Below, piece by piece: positions 9,679 to 19,596 of a stretch of DNA of 64,000 bases. Position numbers and translations under genes: made by a program. The stretch is from an archaeon. GTDB lineage: Archaea; Nanobdellota; Nanobdellia; Pacearchaeales; GW2011-AR1. The notes below the pieces were generated by a model. That model searched no databases. It had not been told where the DNA came from and saw only the letters and a list, made by a program, of their open reading frames with translations. The stretch spans positions 56,294 through 120,293 of the forward strand of contig JABHZE010000002.1 in assembly GCA_018653485.1 (NCBI GenBank), given 5' to 3'. The first letter of the stretch is position 1, and every line of letters begins with the position of its first letter.

Positions 9679-12651
9679 CTACAAGGCCCAATCAATATAT
9701 TTAGAAGCATCTATGTCAAGATATTCTTCTTTAGTTTCCTCTTTTCCAGTGTATTCAATTTCCCAGATTTTAATAGGTCCCTGAATTCCCTGATAAAATA
9801 TAAAGTCTGGAACAGCCATCCCTTGGTTTCTTAAATCATCCACAATTAAACTTTGCTCCTTATGGGCTATTTTAAAGTTTGGAAAATTGTTTAAAGGATC
9901 TTCTAAAATGTAAACCTGAGCCAACATTCCCCTCATTAATCTAGGAGAGATATACATAGCAGCACCAATTTCATTAGAATTAACTCCTCCGCCTTGAACA
10001 TCTAAACTAGGGAAAAGATAAGCACAAGCTTCAATACCTTCATCAAACTCAACAAACTCTCCACTAACTGATAAATATTTTAAATTAACCCTATGTTGTC
10101 TTTTAAGATTATCCACTAAAACAATGTAAGGTTGAGCAAATAGGGTTTTATTATCCTCATTAGATACTGGAATAAAAATTCCTCCGACATAGGATCCTTG
10201 TTGAGGAATAAAGATTTCATTTCCATCCTCAGTTATCGTAATATCCTCATCTAATGCAATCCCTCCTTGATAAAAGAAGATAGTCATATTATTTGTTTCT
10301 TGAGTTTGCGCTTCATTAACTAAAAAAGTTCCAATCCAAGAATATCTATCAAAATCTTGATTACTCCCAATACTTGAAAAAGCACCATATTTTCCAATAT
10401 CACTCGAATCAATTAATAGGTAATCTGCATCATGATTATACAAAAATTCTAATGCATCATCTTGATTATCTCCTGTTAAAACTAATCTTCCCATCAAATA
10501 ATTCCAATAAGTTATGGCATTCCCTCCATCTAAAACAGTAGCTCTCTTTCCAATACTCTGAACCCAATAACCATAATCCCACCAATGAGAGAAAACTGCA
10601 TCTTCCGCAGTTTCATCATCAACCCATTTCATTGCCTTTTGCCATTGTTGATTATAACTTGAAGGTATGGAACCATAATATGCCTGATTCTTAGTCACAT
10701 TATAATATTGATAAAAACTAAATAAGCTTGCAAGTAAAATTAAAATCATAATTACACCAAAAATCATTTTCATAGTTTCATCCTTTGTTCTTCTAAACTG
10801 TTCAATAGACTCAACAATAATAAATCCTACAAAAATTACTGCAACAGGGGCTAGAACCATAATTAATCTAACCGCACTCCTAGCAGTGAATAATGTTAAA
10901 ATAAATAATATTAATAGGAATAAAAACTCGTAATCCATTTTTTCAAATCCTTTATCCCCTCTTCGGTCATATTTAGAATAATAATATATCAAAAATCCAA
11001 TAAACAAAAATGCAGCACCATAATAAAACAACTTACTAACAAAATTATCTCCATTCAAAAGTCCCACAGTGGAATACCTTGAAAAAATTAATCCAGATAA
11101 AAACAAAATATATAATCCAGTTAAAGCCCAAGCATCTTTTTGTTTTATTTTATTTAATGATTTTTTGAATAAAACTACTGAGCCTATAAAAAACATCCAA
11201 AAAACAAGAGGGATATTTTGTATCATCGGACCAAAATTTCCACTCCATTCCCTAAAATATGGCTGTTTATTTTCCGCAACCGTAACGCTCCATCTCCCAG
11301 TAATTGGTTTAAACATTGTTTGATGCAATCCTTGAATTTTTTCAAAAATAAACCCTGGACCTAAAAGAACTATTGCTAAAATAAGAAGGGACAAAATAGC
11401 AACAATCAATGAAATTAAATTTTTAGGTATCTTAGAATTTTTAATCAAATTAATTTTTGAAAGATTTGTATTCCATAAAATAAAATGAATAACTAAAATA
11501 AACAAAGTGGTTGTTACTAATCCCGCATCCATTGATTTTATAATATTTAATAAATTATTTTTATCTGAGAAAAAAAGAAAGATAAATAATGAAACAACAA
11601 CCCAAGTACTATAAACTAAAAATTCCTTTCTATGAACTTTATTTAGAATAAATGCACATAATGTTGCAACAGCAATAGTAATAAAAACATAAAGAACTCC
11701 CCCCCAAATTAAACTTAATGCCCCTGTAGAAAGTCCAGCTAGTAAACTAAATAATAATGCCTTTTTTGTTTTTTCAGATTTCCAAGCTTTTAGAAACAAA
11801 TAAAATGCTAAAAACATAAAAAAGAAAGAAGCAGATTCTTTTTCAGGAATTCCTGCAATTGTTCTTGCTAAAAATACTGGCATAACTATCATAAAAAAAG
11901 TTGAAATTAAAGCGATTATATTTGCCTTCCTCTTACTTTTTTTAGACTTTCTTACAAAAATCTCTCTAACAAATAAAAAGAAAGATAAAATTGTTAATAC
12001 AAACATAATAACTGGAAACAATGCAGCCGCAAATTCAATAGAAACATCATCATAAATTATATTTAAACCATGGTATGTCCATGCAATAAGGTGAGGGAGT
12101 AAAACTGTTTCTCTAGAGTTTTCAAATCCTAAAGGAACATTTCTCATCATATCTTTTTCAGGAATAGAACCTTCATTTACAACTATTTCTGCAATTCGGG
12201 TAAATAGCCAGGGATCTAAATCAGGCCCTAATGTCCAATCATTAGTTGCAATATTCCACAAACCAGGTTGTCTTCCCGGAGCACCAGGATTATGGTCTTG
12301 CATAGGCAAACTCCTTAGATAAGCTCCAAGAATTAATGCAATTATAATAAAACCAATAACCCAAACCTTTTCATTTTTTAAAAAACTTGAAACATTTCCT
12401 AATCTTTGTTTAATCAAATCACTATCCCCTACAGAGTTGTTCCCTCCACCAAAAGAAACACTCTTTTTAATTTGATTATTCTCAATTTTAACTCCCTCAA
12501 TCTTTGTATCTTCTATATTGCTCCTTTCAACAACGCTATTTTCAACTTGACTATTTATTATTTTACTATCATCAATATTACTTCTTTCAACATGGCTACC
12601 TTCTACAACACTATTTTCAATTTCACTTTTTTTAATGTTATTTTCTTCCAT
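9679..12651 (-). CDS. aglB: Oligosaccharyltransferase AglB (STT3 family) with N-terminal pentapeptide repeats
   Basis: DLDP, TVAE, WWDYG, DGGN and DIGK motifs. Confidence 0.95.
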   Translation of the reverse strand: MEENNIKKSEIENSVVEGSHVERSNIDDSKIINSQVENSVVERSNIEDTKIEGVKIENNQIKKSVSFGGGNNSVGDSDLIKQRLGNVSSFLKNEKVWVIGFIIIALILGAYLRSLPMQDHNPGAPGRQPGLWNIATNDWTLGPDLDPWLFTRIAEIVVNEGSIPEKDMMRNVPLGFENSRETVLLPHLIAWTYHGLNIIYDDVSIEFAAALFPVIMFVLTILSFFLFVREIFVRKSKKSKRKANIIALISTFFMIVMPVFLARTIAGIPEKESASFFFMFLAFYLFLKAWKSEKTKKALLFSLLAGLSTGALSLIWGGVLYVFITIAVATLCAFILNKVHRKEFLVYSTWVVVSLFIFLFFSDKNNLLNIIKSMDAGLVTTTLFILVIHFILWNTNLSKINLIKNSKIPKNLISLIVAILSLLILAIVLLGPGFIFEKIQGLHQTMFKPITGRWSVTVAENKQPYFREWSGNFGPMIQNIPLVFWMFFIGSVVLFKKSLNKIKQKDAWALTGLYILFLSGLIFSRYSTVGLLNGDNFVSKLFYYGAAFLFIGFLIYYYSKYDRRGDKGFEKMDYEFLFLLILFILTLFTARSAVRLIMVLAPVAVIFVGFIIVESIEQFRRTKDETMKMIFGVIMILILLASLFSFYQYYNVTKNQAYYGSIPSSYNQQWQKAMKWVDDETAEDAVFSHWWDYGYWVQSIGKRATVLDGGNAITYWNYLMGRLVLTGDNQDDALEFLYNHDADYLLIDSSDIGKYGAFSSIGSNQDFDRYSWIGTFLVNEAQTQETNNMTIFFYQGGIALDEDITITEDGNEIFIPQQGSYVGGIFIPVSNEDNKTLFAQPYIVLVDNLKRQHRVNLKYLSVSGEFVEFDEGIEACAYLFPSLDVQGGGVNSNEIGAAMYISPRLMRGMLAQVYILEDPLNNFPNFKIAHKEQSLIVDDLRNQGMAVPDFIFYQGIQGPIKIWEIEYTGKEETKEEYLDIDASKYIDWAL

Positions 12652-12664
12652 TTTTAATTTTTTA

Positions 12665-12811
12665 TCAGTTACCTAATAATTGTGCCACTTCATTTACTAA
12701 CTCTATCGCAGATTTTTCTTTTTCCACTTCTTCTTTTCCACAATACGGACAATCTAATGGACTTCCTGATTTAAATCTAAAGTTGCAATTTCGACATATC
12801 CAAACTCCCAT
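12665..12811 (-). CDS. 48-aa zinc-ribbon/rubredoxin-like protein (absent from ORF track)
   Basis: MGVWICRNCNFRFKSGSPLDCPYCGKEEVEKEKSAIELVNEVAQLLGN; CxxC and CPYC; AGGTGA RBS. Confidence 0.8.
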   Translation of the reverse strand: MGVWICRNCNFRFKSGSPLDCPYCGKEEVEKEKSAIELVNEVAQLLGN

Positions 12812-12924
12812 TTTTCACCTCTATCAATATATAATCAATAATTAACCAGTTTTTAAATCTAACTTATGTTCTAGAATATTCTAAATTAAAATATTCATTT
12901 TACTAAATAGATTTTAACAATCAA

Positions 12925-13785
12925 TTAGAAAATTGCAGGAGTAATAAAGACTTCCATTAATGCAGCTAAAAATAGAACAACCACTGCAAGTATGATCAAA
13001 TTAAGTGAGTCTTGCAAAATAACCCAGAATTTTTCAGAATGAACATCATGTTTTATAATCGCAACACTCACAATTCCCCCCGCCAAGGCCCCTGCAAAAT
13101 AAGCTCCTATTTCCGGAATTCCATGAATCATATATCTTGCTAATCCTAATGGGAGATTAGCTAGGTCTCCCTTTGCAAAAATTCCAATAGCGGCACTAAT
13201 AACACTAGCATTCCAAGCTAAGATAAATATAGCTCCCGCTCCAAAAATTAATGAAAATACCAACGTAAAAATGAGGACATAGATATTATTTGCAAAAATA
13301 TTAACAATTTTATCCTTTGCAGTTAAAAACGCAGTAGTTTTTGAAATATGTTCAACACCATACTCTGCAACACAATTTTCATAATGTGCAGGTTTATTTA
13401 TCACACAAAAAGTTTCAATCTGGGCCCTAAAATTTTGATTTCCATCTTGAAAAACAATATACCAAAAAGAAAAAGCAACCACAAACCCCATAAATAAAAA
13501 CATAAAATAAACTAATGCCTTGTTGTGTTCTTTTAGCAATTTTCCAAAACCATCTATAGTTAAATCTTTTTCTTCTTCATTTTTAATTGCAAAATACATA
13601 AACGGGATTGAAAACATAACGCAGAATGTAACAACTAATATCCCACTATATTTAGAAAGAACTGGGTCTCCTGAAAAAATCCATTTAGTTAAAATAAGGG
13701 AAAGCGTTGCATAAAATGCACCTACAAAAAACAATTCCCATGGCCTTTTCTCAGCCTTCAACGGATTTATCAACATCTCAAACAT
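12925..13785 (-). CDS. SpoIIM/DUF95 family membrane protein
   Basis: IFANN, HGIPE, AALME..ITP motifs; AGGTGA RBS before ATG 13785. Confidence 0.8.
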   Translation of the reverse strand: MFEMLINPLKAEKRPWELFFVGAFYATLSLILTKWIFSGDPVLSKYSGILVVTFCVMFSIPFMYFAIKNEEEKDLTIDGFGKLLKEHNKALVYFMFLFMGFVVAFSFWYIVFQDGNQNFRAQIETFCVINKPAHYENCVAEYGVEHISKTTAFLTAKDKIVNIFANNIYVLIFTLVFSLIFGAGAIFILAWNASVISAAIGIFAKGDLANLPLGLARYMIHGIPEIGAYFAGALAGGIVSVAIIKHDVHSEKFWVILQDSLNLIILAVVVLFLAALMEVFITPAIF

Positions 13786-13888
13786 ATTTTTCACCTATTT
13801 GTTATTATCTTAAGTAAGACAAAACCCACTTTTAAACATTTATATTTGAATTCAAAACTCTTTTATACCTCGCCTGCCTAATAATGCT

Positions 13889-14698
13889 ATGCCATCAAAG
13901 AAACAAACTTTTAATAAAATCTGCAAAGATATTAAATCTATTAAAATTCAAGGAGCAACAAATGTTGCTAAACAAGGATTTAGAGCATACAAACTATTCC
14001 CCACTCAAACCTCAAAAAAGAAACTATTATCCCTAAGGCCAACAGAACCAATGCTTTTCAACCTAATATATAAACATAAAGATAAAACATACAAACAAGT
14101 TTCAGAAGAAATAAAACAATCTCAAGATACGATAAACAAAGAAACTTACAAATTAATTAAAAACAATTCAGTAATATTCACTCACTGCCATTCATCTTCT
14201 GTAACTAAAGCATTAGCTTATGCAAAAGAGAAAGGAAAAAAGTTTGAAGTTTATCACACAGAGACTCGTCCATTATTTCAAGGAAGAAAAACAGCAAGAG
14301 ATTTAAAAAAAGCAAAAATAAACGCAACTATGTTCCCAGACTCAGGAGCACAAATAGCATTAACAAAATCTCAAGATACAAAAAAAGCAAACCTTGTTCT
14401 TTTAGGTGCAGATGCAATTCTTAAGGAGGGAGTAATAAATAAAATCGGAAGTGGGATGTTTTCAGGTATTGCAAAAAAGAACAAAATTCCAGTTTACATC
14501 CTAAGTAACTCATTAAAATATTACCCTAAAAAAATAAAAATAGAAGAAAGAGGTTTTGATGAAGTCTGGGATACAGAGAAAAAAATCAAAATCAAAAATC
14601 CAGCTTTTGAATTAATTAAAAGAAAACAAATTAAAGGAATAATCTCTGATTTAGGAAATCTATCTTACTCTAAATTTTTAATTAAAGTTAAAAATTAA
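13889..14698 (+). CDS. Ribose-1,5-bisphosphate isomerase (eIF2B family)
   Basis: IQGA, RPTEP, THCHS, ETRP, GADAI, NKIGS, NPAFE; AMP phosphorylase in the same window. Confidence 0.8.
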   Translation: MPSKKQTFNKICKDIKSIKIQGATNVAKQGFRAYKLFPTQTSKKKLLSLRPTEPMLFNLIYKHKDKTYKQVSEEIKQSQDTINKETYKLIKNNSVIFTHCHSSSVTKALAYAKEKGKKFEVYHTETRPLFQGRKTARDLKKAKINATMFPDSGAQIALTKSQDTKKANLVLLGADAILKEGVINKIGSGMFSGIAKKNKIPVYILSNSLKYYPKKIKIEERGFDEVWDTEKKIKIKNPAFELIKRKQIKGIISDLGNLSYSKFLIKVKN

Positions 14699-14744
14699 AT
14701 ACCTTTAAAAGTTAAATAGCCACAAAAAATTAAATACCTTTAAA
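14690..14744. repeat. 20-bp direct repeat between convergent genes
   Basis: AAAAATTAAATACCTTTAAA at 14690-14709 and 14725-14744. Confidence 0.75.
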
Positions 14745-14747
14745 GGA

Positions 14748-15164
14748 TTAATTTTTAGAATCCTTTTCTTTTTCACCCTGAGCTTTCTCAAATACTTTCA
14801 TCAAATTCTCACTTTCTTGTTGAATAACACCTAACCTTTCTCTTACTTGTTCATTAGCTTGATTAAGTTTTCCAATCTGACCTTCAATTAAACTAATTGC
14901 ATCAGGAATTGTTTTCTTAACTAAATTACCTTGCCCAATATCTACAATTAATTTCTTTTCTCTTATTTTAACAGGAATAAATATCTTTTTCCCAATATTT
15001 GCAAGAATCTCATCACTCTCAGAACTTTCTATTTCTTTCAAACTTTCTCTTAAGGCATTCATTTCAGAAACATTTTGTTCAATTAATTCTAACTGTTGAT
15101 TAAGTTGATTCCCTTCTTGTTCCATCATTTGAATCTGCATTATTTGTTCTTGTGTAGGTTCCAT
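14748..15164 (-). CDS. pfdA: Prefoldin alpha subunit
   Basis: Coiled coil / EILANIG..IF / LIVDIGQG / coiled coil. Confidence 0.9.
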   Translation of the reverse strand: MEPTQEQIMQIQMMEQEGNQLNQQLELIEQNVSEMNALRESLKEIESSESDEILANIGKKIFIPVKIREKKLIVDIGQGNLVKKTIPDAISLIEGQIGKLNQANEQVRERLGVIQQESENLMKVFEKAQGEKEKDSKN

Positions 15165-15217
15165 AGTAATATTTCCAGCAAATAAAGGTTTTTAAGCCTT
15201 ATGCAACTAAATAAATT

Positions 15218-15637
15218 ATGATAAATTGGCTTGAAAAACATAATAAAGTCTCTTGGACAATTACATTGATAATAGCAATCACAATTTTTATAATGTCCTC
15301 AATATCTTTCAAATCTTCTTCAAATCTATTTGAAATCAAAACAATTACTTACCATTTCCTTGCATTTTTCTTCTTATGCTTCTTTTTATCAATTTCATTA
15401 ACAAAAGGCAAAAAAACAAACTTAATTCCTCTATCAATAATATTTTCAATATTATATGGCATCTCAGATGAAATTCATCAATTATTTGTCCCCAATAGAT
15501 ACTTTGCAATTTCAGACATATTAACAGACACAGCAGGAATCTTAACTTCTGCATTCATCTACCTAATCTTAATTAGATCCTACCACAATAAATCAAAAAA
15601 AGACAAAGAAGATTATTCTATTGTAAGTTTTTATTAG
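15218..15637 (+). CDS. VanZ family membrane protein
   Basis: HFLAF, YGISDEIHQLFVPNR, D..D motifs. Confidence 0.85.
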   Translation: MINWLEKHNKVSWTITLIIAITIFIMSSISFKSSSNLFEIKTITYHFLAFFFLCFFLSISLTKGKKTNLIPLSIIFSILYGISDEIHQLFVPNRYFAISDILTDTAGILTSAFIYLILIRSYHNKSKKDKEDYSIVSFY

Positions 15638-15648
15638 GAAATAAAGAA

Positions 15649-16170
15649 TTAAGCAACATTAAACAATTTTCTAAAAATACTTGAAAATATCATTGCACCA
15701 ATTAAATAATAGGCAATCCACCAATTACCAAATGCAGCACTGAAATATTCTGAAAACCATCTAAACAAAAGTATTACTGGAATACCAGTGTATATCATTG
15801 GTTGCATAGTTAAATGAAATGTTTTAGGAATAAACTCTAATTGTTTCTTTTGTAACTCCATAAGTTTTTCAGGATGCGCTTTATATTTTTTCATTTCTTC
15901 TTGAAGGTATTTTTGTTCTTTTTTCAAAACCCTAAGCTCCTTCTGATCTGAAAAAAACTTTTGAGCAAGAGTAAGTATTGCAGAAGTAAATGCAACAACT
16001 ACAATTAATCCAACATAAATATTCCATTCTAAAATCCCTCCAAAAATAGGATCTAAAACAAGACTAACACTTTCTTTAATTACAGGAAGATGATCCCACT
16101 GATAAGCGATATAAAGTGAAACTAACATCACAATAAAAATCGGCCACATGCTTTTTCCTTGTTTATCCAT
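15649..16170 (-). CDS. DUF106 / EMC3-TMCO1 family (Oxa1 superfamily) membrane insertase
   Basis: TM / coiled coil / PMIYTGIP / WxxxY pattern; downstream of secY. Confidence 0.85.
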   Translation of the reverse strand: MDKQGKSMWPIFIVMLVSLYIAYQWDHLPVIKESVSLVLDPIFGGILEWNIYVGLIVVVAFTSAILTLAQKFFSDQKELRVLKKEQKYLQEEMKKYKAHPEKLMELQKKQLEFIPKTFHLTMQPMIYTGIPVILLFRWFSEYFSAAFGNWWIAYYLIGAMIFSSIFRKLFNVA

Positions 16171-16245
16171 TTTTTTCAATAAAAATTATTTATCACCACA
16201 ATTATTTATCAAAACCCAAAAGAGTTTTTAAACTTAAGTACTGAT

Positions 16246-16524
16246 TCATTCTTCGTCCCATCTTTCAACTCTGAGATATATTCTTTCTCTTCTGTCTATT
16301 TCTTGCGCCAATGCATCGAGAGTTCTTAATAAAGGCCCACGAACAGCTTGGTACTCTGGATTTTCTTTTATTCTTTCAATAGGATTTAATTCCATTCTTT
16401 CCAAGTATGCCCTATAATTAGCAAGATTTACAATTAATTCTGATAAAGGTAATCTTTGAACATTTCCTTGAATATGCAAGATACTATCTCTGAGGTCTTC
16501 TCCTTTAACTTGTTTATACTTCAT
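16246..16524 (-). CDS. Hypothetical protein
   Basis: Open frame directly after secY with GAGG RBS-like sequence; no motif recognised. Confidence 0.55.
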   Translation of the reverse strand: MKYKQVKGEDLRDSILHIQGNVQRLPLSELIVNLANYRAYLERMELNPIERIKENPEYQAVRGPLLRTLDALAQEIDRRERIYLRVERWDEE

Positions 16525-16552
16525 AATCAATTATTCCCTATCCTCTAAATTA

Positions 16553-17929
16553 TTAAGCACCCATCATCTTTTTCAACGCAGGATTCATATCCATTGCATG
16601 TTGTTGTGCAATATTCTGATAGAACTGGAATATAATCATGATTCCTAATAATAATGCTGTTCCTCCAACTAATGCTCCTAAAACATCTGCTAACGCTGCT
16701 AATAAACCAATAGCCATTCCACCCATGATTGTTAAAGGCATAACATATCTAGCTAATATAGACTCTAAAATTCTTTTATCTTTTCTAAATCCAGGAATTT
16801 GTAATCCTGATTTTAAAATATTATTTGCCTGAGCAGCTGCATCCATACCAGAAGTTTTTACCCAGAATACAGAGAATAAAGCTGCAAAAAACATATAAAA
16901 TATAATATGGCCTAATGTTTGTCCAATCAAAACCCATTCCCAATTTCCTTGAATTATTCTCTCAGGAATATTTGTAGAACCTACCCAAAATAAGAATCCA
17001 GAAACAGGAACACCATTAACAATATTTCCTAGGAATGTTGGATGCCCTAACCAGTTTTGTAATAATCCTCCAAATAATTGAATATTAGAGATTAATGCGG
17101 CAGTTAAGATAACTGGAATAACACTAGCATAAAAAAACTGAAGGGGCCATTTCATACTATATCCTCTTAATCTATCATAACTTAATGGAATTTCAATTTT
17201 TAAAGATTGAGCCCATACAACAATTAAAAATAATATTACTGTTGCTAGAATAGCAGCTAAAGCAAGCATAACTCCCTGCCCTGCGCCAGGCTCCCCTGAA
17301 TTAATTAAATGATAAACTAATGATACAACCGCCCCTGCAGCATGGAATCTTCCTTCAGTATCTAAGAATGAAAAGCTTGCTGAAACTAATCTCCAACTAA
17401 CTCCTGCAGCAATAAACAAACTTACTCCGCTTCCAAATCCCCATTTCTCTGATAATTCATTCATAAATACAATAACTAATCCTCCGAGGATTAATTGAAA
17501 TATAAGAATCCCTGCAAATCCAGGTACTGGCTGCAGTCCCTGCATATAAACATATATGACTGCTTCAAATATTATAAAAAAGAAAACCAATAATTTCTGT
17601 AATCCTGAAAAAAACTTTTTCCCTTCAACAGTCGAAGTATCAATTTCTAAAATCTGACTACCAACTAATAATTGCAAGATAATCGAAGCCATAACAATTG
17701 GACCAATACCTAATGAAATTATTGAACCAAAACTTGTCCCCATAATAACTGCTAAATATTCAAATCTCTCTAAGGCATTATTAGACAACCCATAAAGAGA
17801 AATATTCGACATTACAAAAAATGCAATAAGAACAATTAAAGTCCATTTTAATTTAACATTAAAACTAAGTTTCTTTTCAGTAGGCGATCTTACTTCTGGC
17901 AGATTTTTTAATATTACTCTAAAATCCAT
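16553..17929 (-). CDS. secY: Preprotein translocase SecY (Sec61 alpha)
   Basis: LGIGPIV, GSGVSLFI, IPVI, IPGFR motifs. Confidence 0.97.
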   Translation of the reverse strand: MDFRVILKNLPEVRSPTEKKLSFNVKLKWTLIVLIAFFVMSNISLYGLSNNALERFEYLAVIMGTSFGSIISLGIGPIVMASIILQLLVGSQILEIDTSTVEGKKFFSGLQKLLVFFFIIFEAVIYVYMQGLQPVPGFAGILIFQLILGGLVIVFMNELSEKWGFGSGVSLFIAAGVSWRLVSASFSFLDTEGRFHAAGAVVSLVYHLINSGEPGAGQGVMLALAAILATVILFLIVVWAQSLKIEIPLSYDRLRGYSMKWPLQFFYASVIPVILTAALISNIQLFGGLLQNWLGHPTFLGNIVNGVPVSGFLFWVGSTNIPERIIQGNWEWVLIGQTLGHIIFYMFFAALFSVFWVKTSGMDAAAQANNILKSGLQIPGFRKDKRILESILARYVMPLTIMGGMAIGLLAALADVLGALVGGTALLLGIMIIFQFYQNIAQQHAMDMNPALKKMMGA

Positions 17930-17944
17930 TTTGATTAAACAGGG

Positions 17945-18499
17945 TTACTTTAAATTTTCAGAATTTTTTGATTCTGAATCTTTGACATCTTTCTTCTGAG
18001 GTTCTTTAGAACCTTCAGCATCCTTCAAATCTTTAGAACCCTCTGATGGTTCTGAAATACCTTTTTCCCTGATTATGATCACTTCTCCACCCATTTTTTC
18101 AATCTTCTCTTTAGCAGTCTTTGTAAATCCTTTAGCTTTAATCTTTAATTTTACCTTTAACTCTCCTTCGCCTAAAACCCTATATTTCTTTAATTCAAGA
18201 ACACCATTCTTATCATATTTCTTTTTCAGATTTTCAAGGTTTTTACTAATATCTCTTAGATTAATAACTTCTATTTTTTTCCTAGCAGTTCCTTTACTTG
18301 TAATTCCTTTTTTCCCAAAATAACTATTTCCATATAATTTAATCACTAATGATTTTTTATGGTCTGCCCTTTTACCTGTTCCAGCCATTCCAATTCCACC
18401 CCTATGCCCACTACCTTTTTGCTTTTTTCTTGAACCATGATAACTATTTTGTCCACGTTTCTTCTGACTTTTCTTTGTTCCTTTAATCTTCATTACCAT
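17945..18499 (-). CDS. rpl15: Ribosomal protein uL15 with charged C-terminal tail
   Basis: GHRGGIGMAG, FGKKG, VLGEG. Confidence 0.95.
   Translation of the reverse strand: MVMKIKGTKKSQKKRGQNSYHGSRKKQKGSGHRGGIGMAGTGKRADHKKSLVIKLYGNSYFGKKGITSKGTARKKIEVINLRDISKNLENLKKKYDKNGVLELKKYRVLGEGELKVKLKIKAKGFTKTAKEKIEKMGGEVIIIREKGISEPSEGSKDLKDAEGSKEPQKKDVKDSESKNSENLK
17948..17989 (-). repeat. 42-nt coding palindromic repeat, copy in rpl15 (DVKDSESKNSENLK)
   Basis: 37/42 identical to 25353-25394 and 36/42 to 26983-27024; internal inverted repeat. Confidence 0.85.
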
Positions 18500-18500
18500 T

Positions 18501-18986
18501 TTATAACATTTTCTCCACTAATTTATTAATATCTTTCTTATTATTTCCTAAAACTCCTTTAGGATATTGTAATTTACTCTTAATTCCTTTTCTTGGAGGA
18601 TGTAATCTAAAAAATGGTTTTAATCCTAATTCAGATAATTTCTTTCCAGCAATTAAATCTTTAGCAACCTTTTCAGCATCTATTTTTAATTCCCTTTTAT
18701 CACCTTCAATATTCTTAGCCCGATCCCCAATTAATTTAACCAATACCTTCTCATCAATAGGACCATAAGCAATATAATGTTTAACTTTATCAATCATACC
18801 TTTAATTTGTTTATCAGAAGCATCAACTACAACTGCTGAATATTTTCTTCTTAATTTTAATCTATGTAATGTATTTTCAATTTTTTCATTTACCTTTACC
18901 ATCCCTGAAATTCTAATTAAGATTGTTAATCCAGCATCAGCTGTTTTTGTTTCTTTCTTTTCGGTTTTTGTTTGTTTTTCCATCAT
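18501..18986 (-). CDS. rpl30: Ribosomal protein uL30 (start may be GTG at 19037)
   Basis: IRISG, TLHRLKL, FRLHPPRKG. Confidence 0.93.
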   Translation of the reverse strand: MMEKQTKTEKKETKTADAGLTILIRISGMVKVNEKIENTLHRLKLRRKYSAVVVDASDKQIKGMIDKVKHYIAYGPIDEKVLVKLIGDRAKNIEGDKRELKIDAEKVAKDLIAGKKLSELGLKPFFRLHPPRKGIKSKLQYPKGVLGNNKKDINKLVEKML

Positions 18987-19058
18987 TCTTGTTTTTAAGT
19001 AAATTTTTTTAAATTTACTTCTACTCTCGTCTTTCACCTTTGTATTTTTTACTTGCCC

Positions 19059-19358
19059 TTACATTATTTCTATAGCATCTTCTGAAAACCCAAGTTTTAC
19101 CAAAACATTTTTCGCTGTTCTGGAATGATCTCCCTGTAGTTCAACAGTATTTTCTTTTACTGTCCCCCCACAAGCAAGTTCCTGCTTTAGGTTTTTTGCC
19201 AAAGTTTTCAAGTCTACTCCTTGAAAACCCGATAACTCGGTTATCAGCTTACCGAACCGCTTCTTCGCAGTTTGGATTTGTATGTTCTGTTCAGTTTTTG
19301 CTATATCTTCGCAAACACATGCTTGCAAAGGCAATCCGCATTTTGGACATATATCCAT
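19059..19358 (-). CDS. sui1: Translation initiation factor aIF1 (SUI1)
   Basis: CPKCGLP..CVC, LACGGTVK, ELQGDH. Confidence 0.95.
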   Translation of the reverse strand: MDICPKCGLPLQACVCEDIAKTEQNIQIQTAKKRFGKLITELSGFQGVDLKTLAKNLKQELACGGTVKENTVELQGDHSRTAKNVLVKLGFSEDAIEIM

Positions 19359-19362
19359 GTTT

Positions 19363-19596
19363 TTATTTTTTCTTCAAAGATCCTTTTTCAGAACCTTTGT
19401 CTTCAACAGACATTTGATTTAATCTATTGAATGTGTGAAGTCTTGCAATTGTTCTTTTAATTTCTCTAGTCTTTAATTTCCCACCCTTATTTGCATTTAC
19501 TTGACCTTTAATTAATTCCATTCTCAAATCCTTTATCTTACTATTAATTTCCTTTTCATTCATTTTTGCTATATCTTTTGATTTTAATATTGCCAT
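19363..19596 (-). CDS. rpl29: Ribosomal protein uL29
   Basis: REIKRTIARLHT. Confidence 0.92.
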   Translation of the reverse strand: MAILKSKDIAKMNEKEINSKIKDLRMELIKGQVNANKGGKLKTREIKRTIARLHTFNRLNQMSVEDKGSEKGSLKKK

